From NCBI GenBank assembly GCA_000165425.1, contig CT868672.1, positions 1 through 64,000 of the forward strand: 64,000 nt of DNA, written 5' to 3'. Below are positions 12,293 to 27,163 of this stretch, one piece after another (positions within the stretch are counted from its first letter, which is position 1; each line of letters begins with the position of its first letter). This stretch comes from Paramecium tetraurelia (Eukaryota). The notes below the pieces were generated by a model that saw only the letters and a program-made list of their open reading frames with translations, ran no database searches and was not told the origin of the DNA. The position numbers were made by a program, and so were the translations under genes.

Positions 12293-13088
12293 ATGTCTTA
12301 AAATAAAAGTAAATAATTCATGTTAAATCCATAGTTATCATGTTGGGAGATTGCGGAGTGGGGAAAACAACAATCTTAAACAAGTAAGGAAATCCATTTA
12401 TAAAAAGTTTCTTGGATATTATAGCTAATACTGAAACAACAATTGGAGTATAGCATCATTCATTTACAAGAAACAATATCAAATTTTCAATATGGGATAC
12501 TGCAGGATAGGAAAAATATAGATCTATAGTATCAAGGTGTTTATTATTGTTAATATCTAGCCATTATAAAAGAGCAAAGGCAGCGATTTTGGTTTATGAT
12601 TGTTCAAATGAATCATCCTTGTTGCACATTGATAAATGGATAGAAGAGCTTGTTTTCTAGGCTGGTGCTAATGTAAAAATTGCATTAATAGGGGTAAAGA
12701 ATCTTAAATGAAATGTTGGTTAGAATAAAACAGATTTATAAAGTTTCGATATGAATGAACATGTTCAAAAATTAATAGAATAATATGATATTACATACCA
12801 AATCTAAACGAATCATTAAGATCCAGAGTTCAAAGATAAGATGAACTAATTGTTAGACTAAATAAGCATAAGTACTTTATTATTTTATTTTTATATTTGA
12901 GATTGATTCTTCCTAATCAGTAAAACTAATCACCAATATCCAATTTAGAAGAGAATAATCATCAAGTTAAAGTGATATAATTCAACCATTAAGAAGAAAA
13001 TTAATAATCAGAAAATAAACATCTAGAAAGGCCAATTGAAGTTTCGGCTATTAATGGCAATCAGGAGGGGAAAAATTGTGAATGCTGA
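12293..13088 (+). CDS. Rab-family small GTPase
   Basis: GDCGVGKTT, TTIGV, IWDTAGQEKYRS, NKTDL, C-terminal CEC then TGA (CxC prenylation motif); several tiny introns. Confidence 0.92.
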
Positions 13089-13099
13089 ATTGTTTGATA

Positions 13100-13670
13100 T
13101 AAATAACAATATATTAATTTTGTAATTTCTATGAATTGTAATCCTATTTTTAATTATTTGAATCCAAGTCTTATTAGCGCATAAAGAAAAATATTTACTA
13201 TAAAACTTCTTATAACAGGGACTGAAAATCCTTTTAAGAATACCTAGCTCCTCTTTCAGAATATTTAAAAATTGATGCAAATTTAATTTATCATTAGTTT
13301 TAATATCTAGTTTTTACAATTTCAATTGGTTAGGACATAATCTGAAAATTCGGGCTGCTGATATGCTTATTCCTAAATAAGATTCTTCTGTTCTATCTCT
13401 TCCTAGAGGATGAACGTATTATAAGTGTTTGGTACGAGATTCTAGCTAAGGTAACATAATGTATTAGTTTTGTAGACTCTCCTTCGCAAATATATCAAAT
13501 CTAACTCCGTACAATTATAGTCCTTCATCTCTTATTAATTGAATTCTGGTTTTGTTAGTTATTTATTACTAAAATGATTTGTTTGATATATAAATCACAC
13601 AAATAGGAGAAGGTTATGATTTAGGAGAACATTTTTTAAATTAAATATATTTAAAAACTCTCTATTGCAT
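13100..13670 (-). CDS. hypothetical protein, 3' end uncertain
   Basis: Open frame in ciliate code from MQQRVFKYIQ through DEGLQLYGVRFDIFAKE to LGILKRIFSPCYKKFY; no clean stop found before the Rab gene. Confidence 0.3.
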
Positions 13671-14039
13671 TAATTAGTGTTACAAAATTAAAAAACAGAA
13701 TGGAAAAAATCAAGAAACTCAATATCATAAAAATACCAAATCTTTTTAAATATCATAAGTCCTAATCAAAAAACTACATATAGATAAATTTCATGACTGT
13801 TTCTTGTCTGCGTTGTAAAATAAGGTTTCATATTAGTATAGTTGTTTAATATTATTATAAATTGACCTTATCACAAGATAATGCCTACATTTTAACAAAA
13901 ATTTATTAACCAAATTATTATAGGAATATATGTTGCAAAATTTCATTTTGTAAGAAGGCTGTAATAAAAAGAAAAAGAGATGTCTATCAAATAAAATTTA
14001 TTGAATATTTATACTGTTCATTATCATCTACTCCTTTTT

Positions 14040-15551
<1,512 letters not shown>

Positions 15552-15633
15552 AATTTATTTATTTTTAGTTTTAAAATACAAAATAAATTAAAATGACGCT
15601 AATCGCGATTAATAAAATAATCAATATATAACA

Positions 15634-18158
15634 ATGACTTCATTTGAAATGCAAGAATAATACTCACTATAGGATTCCCTTCTGTCTGATGTATCTTCAA
15701 TGTCCATTGAATAAAGGTCGAGAAGTAGAACTCTAAACAAGACTGTTAAGTGGAAACTTGAATAATTTCATGAAAAGAATGTGATGCAAGAGGAGCAAGA
15801 AAAAATCCAGCGAGTCATTAAAATATACGATGATAATCTTAATGATGAACATGGCTAAAGTGATAGCAATTTTTTTGAAGAATATTTATCTTGGCTCCCG
15901 GTCATTCTGCCAAAACGAGTTTGGCCTTGGAAGATATTTGTCGCTATTACTACTCTATTTGTTTTTTTCGAAGTACCTATATATGTAATGTATGGAGAGG
16001 AATTCTGGAAGGTATTTATTCAATTTATTGTGAGTAACTCATAAATGTAGGCGGACGATATGCATTATTTTATGGAATCTTTATTATACTTTTAACAGAC
16101 ATGCTTCTTGATTTTGTGACTTCATATTATAAACATGGAAATCTTGTATTGGATAAAAGAAAGATAGCCATGCATTACTTTTATGGTTATTTTGTTTTTG
16201 ATTGCGTTGCTGTATAAATTTATTTATTTATATTAGTTATTCTCTTGTGTTATTAGATTAGCTGTTGACACTGATCATCTCAGATTCATCTTCTTCATGT
16301 TCTATTTTAAATTGCCATCTCTACTTAGAATAGATCATCAAATTGCAGAATTAATATTGCTACATAAAAGATTAAGAACATTCTACCAAATCACAAAAAT
16401 GTTGATATTTATGTTCTTCTGTTTCAACTTTTATTGTTGTATTTGGTATGTGTTAGGCATCTATGGCGACAATATTCATATTAACACATGGTTAAATGTA
16501 CCGGGTAATTTTGGAGTGATCAAAGACAAATCAATTCATGAGATTTATTTTTATTCCTTCTATTTTAGCTTGAATGTTCTCTCTACCACCATGGGTTTTG
16601 GTGATATTGTAAATGCTTTACTCTATATTGTAGTCTCCCATGAATATCTATGAATGTTCCTTCGCTCTCTTTGGAGTAATGTTTGCTGTAGTCGTATTTG
16701 CTTTGAATATCAACAACTTTTAAAAGATGATGGAAGAATACAACTCATATTATATGCAACGGTTCAAATAAAAAGTACTTTATATCTTGATTATTAGGTG
16801 TCTATTAATAAATTTATGGAATAAAAGAATGTTCCTTCTGAATTAAGGGAACGCATCAGATAATACATCAATGAGCATTGGGCTGAAGAAGGAAGCAGAG
16901 ATTAGGAAAGTGAACAATAAGTGTTTGAAATACTAGCACCTGAATTAAAATAGGAATTGATGTATCAATCTTTAGGATAGTTTCTCTAAAGAACTATGTT
17001 TGCTAATCATTTCACAAAACCTTTCCTCAAAGAATTAGCACAGAAAATACGAGAACAATCTTTTTCTTAAGGAGATGAGATAATTGGTGTAGGATCTACA
17101 GAACAAACTGATGATTTAAGCATATATTACATTGTGGGAGGTTCAGTTATTGTGAAACCAGGAAATAGTGAAATTATTAAAAAAAAATTAGGATTGCATA
17201 GTTACTTTGGAGAGTGGTCGTTCTTTACAGGTTATTCTAATCAATTATTATAATTTTAGGTTTTCCAAGAACTGGTACGGTAAATGCTAAAGAATACTCT
17301 TAGGTTTATGCAATCACAAGAGCTGACTTTTTAGAAACACTAAGAAAATTCCCTGAAGATTTTGAAACATATTGTCAAATAAGAGATAAATTATTATTCA
17401 CTAAAGAATACAATTTAGTAGAATAGCAATGCTATACTTGTAATAGTACTGAACATTATGCTGATTAATGCCCAAAGACTCATTACATACCCTTAGTACA
17501 AGAATTAATTGAAGAATCCACAGTCTTGGATCTTAAACAGGAGAGAGTGAAAATTTAGAGATTTGGTAGAAAATAGTGGGCCACTAGAGCTAATGCAACA
17601 ACTTTGATTAAAGGGTTAAGTAATAATAAATTGAAAAAGAAGGCTAATCTTATGCTCAAAACCTAGAGAGCTTTAAAGAAGAATACTATCAAAATTGATA
17701 AACCCTTAATTCCTTAATGGCAAGTCAAAGAATTTAAGAGTTTAGATGAAGAACAAGCAGCTAATCCAATGATAGATGACATGACAGAGAGTTAAAATCT
17801 TAATACATAACCTATTGATAATGAGATTCCTTAAAGACAATAGCAGAGTTCATACCTGAAAAGCTTTGCAATTCAAACTTTGACTTCATCTGCTATGCAA
17901 CAATCAGCTCTATTAAGTTCAAAAGTTATTGAGAACCCTAATCAATCTTAATCATAATAAAGAGAGAATGTGATGGCTGAGTACCAAAAGATAGTACAGC
18001 CAACAATCAAGACTGGAGTTGAATAATTTGATGCCCCTGCTAACTACAAGAATTACTATAGAAAATACAACAGTAATAATTATCAAGAGTTTAAAAATGT
18101 TAAAATTATAGAAAAAGATAAAATATAGAATATGAGACAGTCAATAATCTTAAAATGA
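15634..18158 (+). CDS. cyclic-nucleotide-binding-domain cation/K+ channel (KCNH/HCN-like ciliate family)
   Basis: TM core, pore STTMGFGDI/SP, C-linker NVPSELRERIRQY..LAPELKQEL, CNBD YFGEWSFFTG/FPRTGTV, then CYTCNSTEHYADQCP. Confidence 0.9.
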
Positions 18159-18328
18159 ATATAATTATTATAAAGTAAATATATTGATGTTCATTACTTA
18201 AAATATATCCCTTCCAAACTGGAAATTTTAATTGTTTTTTATTTGAAATAGAATATTAAATTTATCCCAACATTAATAATTAGACTATTGAATTTTCACT
18301 AAATAATATTGATTAAATTATTTATAAA

Positions 18329-19106
18329 TCAGAGTCTTTTTATCTATTTCTTATAAAAAAGTTCAAAAAACACGCTTGCTCCAAAACCGCCTCCTAATGG
18401 TCCTCCTACGTAAACCCATAAGAAGTCCATTCTCTGCCTGTCTCCTGTTTATAAGGATTAGAATAATTGTAATGAAACTGCCATGCCTGGATTTAAGCAT
18501 CCTTTAGTTTAAAATGAATTATATACCTCCTGAATGGAATGTAAATTCTCTCGAAAAATACAATGCCAAAGCAACTAATACATAAGTAGTCATAGGTTAT
18601 CCTTTTGGGGTTAAGGTTGTTTCTGGGTCTGTTTGGATAAGTATGAACAAAATAAATGTAAATGTTCCGAAAGCCTCTCCACTTACATCTGATAGTATCC
18701 ATGAGTACTCAGTACTCTTAACTTCAGGGCTATCTACTTCATTCAAAATTAAATAGCAACAGCAAGCTCCGCATAATGCTCCTGAAAATTAAGCTAACCA
18801 ATATATCACTGCTTAAGCAAAGTTAACTCTTCTTGATATAACCATAGCCAAAGTAACAGCAGGGTTTACATGTGCTCCTGAAAATGGAGCAGCCAAACAA
18901 ACTGATGCAAAGAAAAACAAAGCTAAGAACTCATCTGACCCTTAGGAACATATGATTCTAAATCACATTAATTTATACCCATAAGCAAATAAAGCCATTC
19001 CAAAAAACTCAAATATAAAGATTCTCATTTCATCTCTTGATTTTCCTGCTGTGGGTATTATCTCTCTTTTTGTTTTTGGTTGACTTATAATAACATTTTC
19101 CTCCAT
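18329..19106 (-). CDS. aquaporin / MIP family protein
   Basis: IFEFFGMALF, SGAHVNPAVTLA, YWLAQFSGA, SGGCLNPGMAV, WVYVGGPLGGG. Confidence 0.93.
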
Positions 19107-20460
19107 GTTAATATGATAAATTTATTTATATATATATAAATGTATATTATTGATCAGCGAGATATTTTTATATAATCATGAGAAAAAAGCTATAAACCTT
19201 TGTATTTAACTCTCAAGAACAGGAAAATATAATCTCGTATTTATTGAAGCTCCTAACTATAATAACGTTATTCACAATAAAATATCTGTAATTTAGGATC
19301 TTCAATTACCTATTCTAAGATCTAAGATTAAATGATGATAATCGATAAATTAATAATTACTAAGAGGTTATGGTCTTGACTAGAGCGAATATACATAAAG
19401 AAAGTAGAACGAACATTATTTAATGATAAAGGTGCTAAAATTTTTTGAACCTAACGAAATCTTGTTATATTAATGATTTTGATGATAAATAGATTTCTGA
19501 AATAATTATTGATCTGAAAGATTATGAATAAGAATAATATTAAGTTATTGGTTCTATTAATATAGGTTCAGAAGAAGGATATAAAATATATTAATTGATT
19601 CTGACATATTATTTCCGCTACACAAAGATGAATTATTATTATTCTAAATTGAAGTTAAATTTTCAGAAATTCATAATCAAGTAAGGTTAGTCATGAATAT
19701 CAAAAAAATGAACAAATAATGATTTAACTCAATTGAATTTCCATTATTTCTTCTATGTCTTAATATATATCCTTTAAAGATGGAATTGATAAAATTTGAT
19801 TTATAGAAGAACTTAAAGGAATTCTACAAAATAAAACTGTGAATAATTAAGTATTCCAACTAAAGAGCATTTAAGATATAATTTTTTTTAAATATCATAT
19901 TTAAATTAATGAATAATTTTATTCTATAATTCTTTCATAAATCTTTCATCAAAATCGTATAACTATATAATCCGTCTTGTAAAAAATGATTTTTTAAAAT
20001 TAGAGAAACGAAAAATCTTTTTTTAATAAATGCTCTGAGAACTTTTTGATTAGACAACTCAAAATGGCTATAGAAGTGAAAAATGCCAATTTGAATTATA
20101 AAATGAGTATAATCTATATGCAGTGCAATTATTTACTGATATTTGTGCCTTCCTTAAAGGAAATTAAAATATCATTATAATAAAATTTTTATACAGTTTG
20201 CTGATGGGTATAGACAAACAAAACAAAGTTCTAAGTTATTTATAACAATTCAAATATTTATTAATAAACAAGGCGTTGTTGAAAGCTTTCAGGTTTGAAG
20301 AATGAAATGATTAAATATAGATTTAGATCTATGGTTTTGTTGATATATTTGAATTCTATTTAGTTATAAAATGCTGATTATTTTTATTTCTCTGATATGC
20401 AATTTTACTAATTTAAAAGTTGTAAAATGAGATAGTATAAAGAATTTAATAATAAATTAA

Positions 20461-22103
20461 ATGGATAATAGGTAAGGTATAGAGATGGAGGATGAATTTT
20501 ATGCATTGTAGAGTCCTTAAAACTTGCTTTAAAAGATTGATTGCTTTGTGACTTTAGGTCAATTTGATTTGGATGAAGATGAAAATGAAAACTTTCCCCA
20601 ACACATTTAGATTGAGCAGCCAGAGATTAACAATTTTAGGCTGCATAAATTTTTTAATGCTGAACCTGAAGTCAATTAATTTGTTCAAAAGCAATAAGAG
20701 GTCCAACATGAACCAAGGATGAAACCTCAACGTAAGATGTCTCAGAGTTTACCCTCATTTATGGAAGAGATAGACACTCTGATTTCTTAGGCAATCGAGA
20801 GATAAAATGGATTCTTAGAATAATAAAAATATAATGTAAACAATACAGATTACCTAAAATTAGGATGCATTAAATAATATTGATAATTTTACGTTTTTAG
20901 AGCAATCTCTTTCTTAGCCTCAAGTCTTCAAATCCTTTTATTCTCAATACATCCGAACAATCAACAAGTTAAGGATGTATAGATAACAAAAAAGGTATGT
21001 GGTATTGAAAAATAATTAGGTTGGATGTTAAGCAATTCATGGCATTTGTATGTTCTTTAGGGATTGAGTTCATTTAAGAAATATTTAACTTAATTCACAA
21101 GGCAGATAGTTCATGGTGCTTTGAGCTGCTCAAATAAGAAGGTCTAACACAATAAATTCAAAATGAAAATCAATATCAAACTTTTTCAGATTTTAAATTA
21201 CAGAAAGCCTAATTCCAGTAGCCTTACTAATAAAAGCAACAATAATAGCAATAGCAATAATAATAATAATAATAGATCGACTCTAACAATGAATAGTTCC
21301 AATAATAAAAATTATAGTAAAATTATTAGCCTTCGAATTCTAATTCATTTCATTAATAAAGTGCGTTAAGCATTGTAAATGAGGCAATTGAAAAGAAAGG
21401 AAGAAAAACTTGGTCAAATAAAGAAATGGAAACCTTGCAAAATTTTATAAATACTTATTAAAATAGTTCAATTACTAATTAATAGATTTAAGCCTTATCA
21501 AAATAGTTGGGGAGAACATGGTATTCTGTTTAATCAAAAATACAGAAATTAAAGAAAAATGTCTAGGATCAAATGAGTGATGTGAGAAGTTAGAGCATGA
21601 AGGATGATCCTTCAAAGGAATAATTAAAAATGTAAAGAATCAGCACTAAATATGATTACACTGTGGAAGATATGATCAAGATAACCCTGTAATAATTGGA
21701 TGGAAGATGTGGCACCAAATAGAAGATTATAGAATCTATAAATCAAAATTTCTTTAATGGATAACTATCTGAAGACTCAGCTTGTTTAAGATCAATCTCA
21801 ATAACTCTCTCTAATAATCGGAGCTAATTTATTCGGAAGATAAAGGGCTATTTTGGTCTTAACGAGAACTTTTAAGATAGAGGAGAGGATGACAATAAAA
21901 TGAGGAATAAGTTAGTATGGATTCTATAAAATCTACCAGAACAAAGAGGAACTCTATAATAAATAGTTGCATCCTATACTGAAAACGCATTTCTAGATGA
22001 AGTGAATCTTAAGAAGTTATAAAAATAGATTAGCTAAACTTTAAGACTAAGCAATCGCTTTGACAAAAGAAATGCAAAAACCATATACAAAATACAAGAA
22101 TGA
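20461..22103 (+). CDS. putative DNA-binding protein: polyQ tract, Myb/SANT-like repeat and helical C-terminal domains
   Basis: MDNRQGIEMEDEFY; polyQ at ~21230-21275; GRKTWSNKEMETL..LSKQLGRTWYSVQSKIQKLKK. Confidence 0.75.
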
Positions 22104-22286
22104 ATTGATTAAATTTGTTTGTGAATATGACCAAGTTCAGAAAATTGAGAAATGTTATGTATTTATTATTAATCATTCAGAATTCATTCTAAATTTCATA
22201 TGTTTTTCTTAATTACACAACACATAGATTATAAATCTTGATTAAGATGATATCAGAAATCTTATATGGCAATAAATAATCAAAAT

Positions 22287-23679
22287 TCATTCCTCTTTTA
22301 ACATCTCTAGATGCTTTTATGTTTTATCTTAGTTGAAAAAGCAAGTAACAGTTAAGATAACAGTAGATAAGATACACATGAGTCCGAAAGGTAAATATGG
22401 ATCTATAAAAAATAAAGGAAACAAAAAATAAGGAGATGGTATTGCACCGATCTTCCCTATAGCCTAAACTAAGCCTGAGCCTTGAGATCTTAAATAAAGA
22501 GGATATGTTTCACAGCACAACAAGCCAATGGTTGAAAACAGTCCTCTAGTTGAGATTTTTATTATAAACAAGCCTACGTACAAAAAGTTATTCTTGAAAA
22601 TATATAATGAACCGTTGGCTATAGTGAGTGCAGCAGCTGAAAAGGCCATAATCCTTACTCTGCCTCCATAACGTGGATTGTCAATAAAGTTGTAGAGGAT
22701 TAATGCAAAGAAAAATTCTATAATGAACATATTCAGCATAGGGGCAAATCCTGAGTTATTCTCAGCAAATAGAAAAGGCATCAGCAAATATATGCTCATA
22801 TTTTATAAATTAGTGAGAATACAGACCAGCCATAATAATAGCGTTTCTTTTCTATATTCATTTGATAGAACTCCATATACATGCAGTTGTTGCTCTCTCT
22901 GTTCCTGGATTTATTTTTGAGCCCATTCCTATAAACCTTTTTTCTATAAAATACAACAATTAATGCCATACATCTTCATCCAAAAACTGCACGTTCTCTC
23001 TTCCATTCTCTTTAATGTTGTTTTCAATTTCTTCGAATGCTTTTTGGTATTCCTCCTTATTTAAATGATATCTTATAGTTTCTTTAACGAAAAACAAGGA
23101 TAGGATAAAAGCACTAGTGATAGGTATAACATTGAATCTAATCAAACCTCTCCAATTGCCAGATGTGTAGCTATCTAAAAAGAAGAAGCAAAGAAAAACC
23201 AAATAGATCTTTCCAAAAATATAGAGTAATGATAATCCAAAGGCAAATCTGCCTCTGTATTTGGCTTCAGTGACTTCAGAGATAAAAATATACCCCAAGG
23301 GACAAGTTGTACCAAAAACTAAACCAAAGCAAATCCTTAGAATAATCATTTCTCCATAGGAATTGCTAAAACTTGTGTAAAATACCAAAAACGAACTCAA
23401 ACCTGTGAATATCGAGAAAGTAATCTTTCTGCCTATTCTATCAGCCAAGAATGCACATAGCAAATTTCCCAATACGACTCCAAAAATAAAGGATGATCCC
23501 AAAGTTGCAACCTAAGCATTATTCAAATTCCATTCAGATTAGAGAATAGCAATCAAGATTGACATAAATGTATACTCAACTCCATCACAAAATTCGACCA
23601 AACCGATAATAAAGAGAGTCCTGCCTTGGTACAACCCAGTTCCAATTTTTGTTTCAAGAATTTGATCAAATGAAATCAT
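22287..23679 (-). CDS. MFS transporter, SV2/SVOP-related
   Basis: MISFDQILETKIGTGLYQ..FCDGVEY; LADRIGRK; ISEVTEAKYRG; CETYPLYLRSQGSG. Confidence 0.9.
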
Positions 23680-23705
23680 TGATAATGAATTATATAAATT
23701 ATTTA

Positions 23706-26007
23706 TCATAATCCATAGGGATTTTAAGGTACATAAGGTGAAGGCTATCTTGGTTATTGATATAAATTCGGTTAGGGTTGCATTCCAATTTGATTTTATT
23801 ATTCCTAGGGGGGATATTAGAATTAAGGCAATTATTGATTAACTTACTATTATTGGGCATCATTAATATGTTATCCTAAGAAATTTGTATTTGCGAGACC
23901 TTAGACAAATTTTGATTATAACGGAGGTTGTTAAGGAGGGTACATTTATTACTACTATTAATAATTAGGAGGAGGATTAAATTATTGCTATTGCTGATAG
24001 ACAGCAGGTTATTGAGGAGGGTATTAATTTAATTATGATGTAGGATATTATGGCGGTTATTAGGATGGATATGAAGACTATTGTGGTTAGTATACTTATT
24101 AAGTTTAACCATATGGAGGAGGAGGTTGCTAAAATTGTTAGGGGGGTGGTGGCATATTTTGAAATTATTATTAAGGTATTTAAGATACTTATTATTAAAA
24201 TGGTTATTAATTGGGTGGCATGACCTGTTATTGTATACCATATTGCTATGAATATTGATTGATGTCAAACTATCCTAAATTAATGACTAAATAATGATTG
24301 ATAAAATTACAATTTTTTTATCCTGGCTTTCTACCAATCAAAAGCATGTAATCAACTAATTGATCTGGTAATTCTTGCAAGACATTTTTGGCTAACAACT
24401 CTGGATTGCTTTTAAATTAGTTAAATGGCACAAATTAGACCAAGTCTCTTTGGGTTCTTTTTCCAAAGGAGTCGCGGAGATTACCATCATCATCATCCAA
24501 TATTGACATATTCGTGAAATCTGCATCTCCAACTCCAACAATTATGATAGATATGGGTAAATGTGAAGATGCCACGATGGAATCAATAGTTTGCTAATGT
24601 TTTGAAATAAATAAATACTTTCATATCGTGAATTTCACCGTCGGTTAAAATAAATAATACAAAGTATGTGTTTGTACCCATATCCTTACAAGCTTAGGCT
24701 ATTTTCATCGACTCTTAAATGATAGGATTAAAATAGGTAGGACCATCAAATTGAACATTCCTTACAGCATAATTATAGGTTTGCATAATTCCATCCATCT
24801 GGAATACTTCTGGATTTTGAGGATTTCCATTTAATGGAAAACAATGCAGAGTTTAAGGAGTATTCAAATTTTGGAGTCGTGGTTTACATCCAAAACCAAA
24901 GATTGGTACACTTTTGTCATGATCATAATTCAATAAGATCTCACCCACTGCCAGTAATGCTTATTGATACTAATTCATTCTATTATACTGATCATCTATA
25001 TAATGAAGAGAACTTGGATTTTTGGGGGATTAATTGGATGCTGTGAAATCAATGGCAGCAATTAAGTTTATTTATGTACCACTCTATAAATAATCTAAAA
25101 AACTAGGTTTTTCGATTAATTTAAACTAGAATTTAGTTAATAAAGAGTACTTCATTGAAACAGATGAAACCAGACTATTTTTTATTTTTATCCAACAATA
25201 TTTTTTTCGTCTTTTGCTTATCCTTCATTTCATCCACTGAAAAATCTGTAGAACAAATGTGTTCATGATTTCCTGAAGTTCTGTAATCCCACACTTCAAT
25301 TCTAATAGGCATAAGATAATCTCCATTGCACAATTTCTAAGCTTAGATGTCCACTCTTTTCCAAATAGGCTTTAAATTAGATTTAATAGGTTCACTCTCA
25401 TAAACTAAGAGTGATTAGTTTGTATCCTTTCTAATTCTATAAAGTCTGTAAAAGGGGGATGTGGAATGCCAAGGTAGAAACCTCGTATTTGGTAAGTTAT
25501 CGGCACCTAATGAATTTAAATAATTAGAATTTACTTATTTACATAATTATTTTATCATTTATCATTCTAACCTAATCTGCTCTAACTACCAGTACTCCTG
25601 TTTTCTTCTGCCCATTACTTAAATTTAACATTGCTAACTAATCTCTAGCTCCTGCTATGTTGGCTAGTGTAGTTTCTGCACTTCCAATAAACTATATGTT
25701 TTAATTTAGAATCTACATCATATTATCCATGTCCATCGTCGTCATTACATATGAATTTTAGTGGTTATTAACATTCGAAGTAGTATTCTATTAGAAATGA
25801 CTTTGAAAAGTTTGGATTTAAGTTATCTTGAATGATTTCTGTTCTTCCCACTTCAGACCATTGGTTATTTCTTTTCACATACATTATCACATAGGGATCG
25901 CTTTTTGAAAAAGTATCCATGTTTGCCAATCCACGACAACTGATGAACAATTCTAATTTCTATTGAGATTCCACAGTGCTAGCACTTCTTCCATATAAGT
26001 CATTCAT
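23706..26007 (-). CDS. copine (C2-C2-vWA) with Pro/Gln-rich tail
   Basis: ISCRGLANMDTFSKSDPY, EVGRTEIIQDNLNPNF, AAIDFTASN, GPTYFNPII, YFVLFILTDGEI, RDLVQFVPF. Confidence 0.95.
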
Positions 26008-26124
26008 TATTAAATATTATATATAATTGTGATTATTACATAACAAAAACCAAGTTTATTAAAATTTATCAAAATAATCAAAAAAAAAAGCTAAATCAAA
26101 GGGTTTATTATTAATTTTATATTT

Positions 26125-26978
26125 ATGTTGAAAAAGTACTCTTCAATAGCCTAGATGCAACAAGATGGTGTCAAATCTGATAGGTAGTATCCCGTTTTGA
26201 ATAAGATTTCTGTTTGCATATCGTAACAATGTCTTTGATCTAACACATTTTGTAGATGATCACCCTGGAGGAAGGTTCTCTCTCTAAACCTTCAAGGGCA
26301 AAGACTTAGAGAATGTACCTTCATTTATTTTCAATTTAGATTCTATTTAATGCATCCATCCACAGACACTAACCCTCAGTACTCTCTTCTCTTGAGCAAT
26401 ATAAATGTGGTGTAATTGAAATCAAAAATCCTTAAGACACTAAACCTAAGCCCTAAGTTACTGCTACAACCAAATCCAACACTCCTTCAAAGAATGACCA
26501 AATCTGCAAAACCTAAATGTCAGACGACAAGACCAATAGATCAAACATCACCTCAAAATCTAAAGTCAGTATTTAATAGTAGAGCAATATATTATCGACT
26601 GATTCTAATTAGGTAAAGAAATCAAACTTAAAATAAAATTCAAAAACCAAATCTATCAATAAGACTGAAAATATTATTGCAGAATCAACTACAACAATTA
26701 AATCTGATCGAAATATCTTAAATCAATAAAAGCTTTAAGAAACACAACAAACCTAACTTTCAAAAAGTTCACTTTCTTTAGCTTCTAATCAAAAAATTTC
26801 ACTACTATCCCCACAGATTATTCATGAAGAAGATGAATCTCAACCTTCTCCACTAAATAATAATGTAGAAAAATTTGAATGCGGATTTATTCCAGAAGAC
26901 ATAGTGAATTTACAAGTTCCCATTTTAAATTACTAACTTACTGGATATCTTAGGTTGAAACATACCCTTTAAAATTGA
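26125..26978 (+). CDS. cytochrome b5-like heme-binding domain protein with low-complexity C-terminus
   Basis: FAYRNNVFDLTHFVDDHPGGRFSLQTFKGKDLEN/ILFNASIHRH..LEQYKCGVI. Confidence 0.85.
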
Positions 26979-27163
26979 TATTATTTAATTGTATTTGATA
27001 ATCTTGTTTCTATTTTGACTAAACCTAACTCAAGTGATTGCGTAAAATTTATTGTGGACCAACCCTCACTTAGCCAAAGAATGACTTCAGTTAGTTTAGC
27101 AGTTATTTTATAATTATCGGGTTTATAATTATATTATAAATTATTTGAATAAAACAATATGTC

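Noticed and set aside
19140..20400. Possible gene between the aquaporin and the Myb-like gene
   Set aside because: Protein-like fragments are interrupted by TGAs and I could not build a consistent model; possibly a decayed gene
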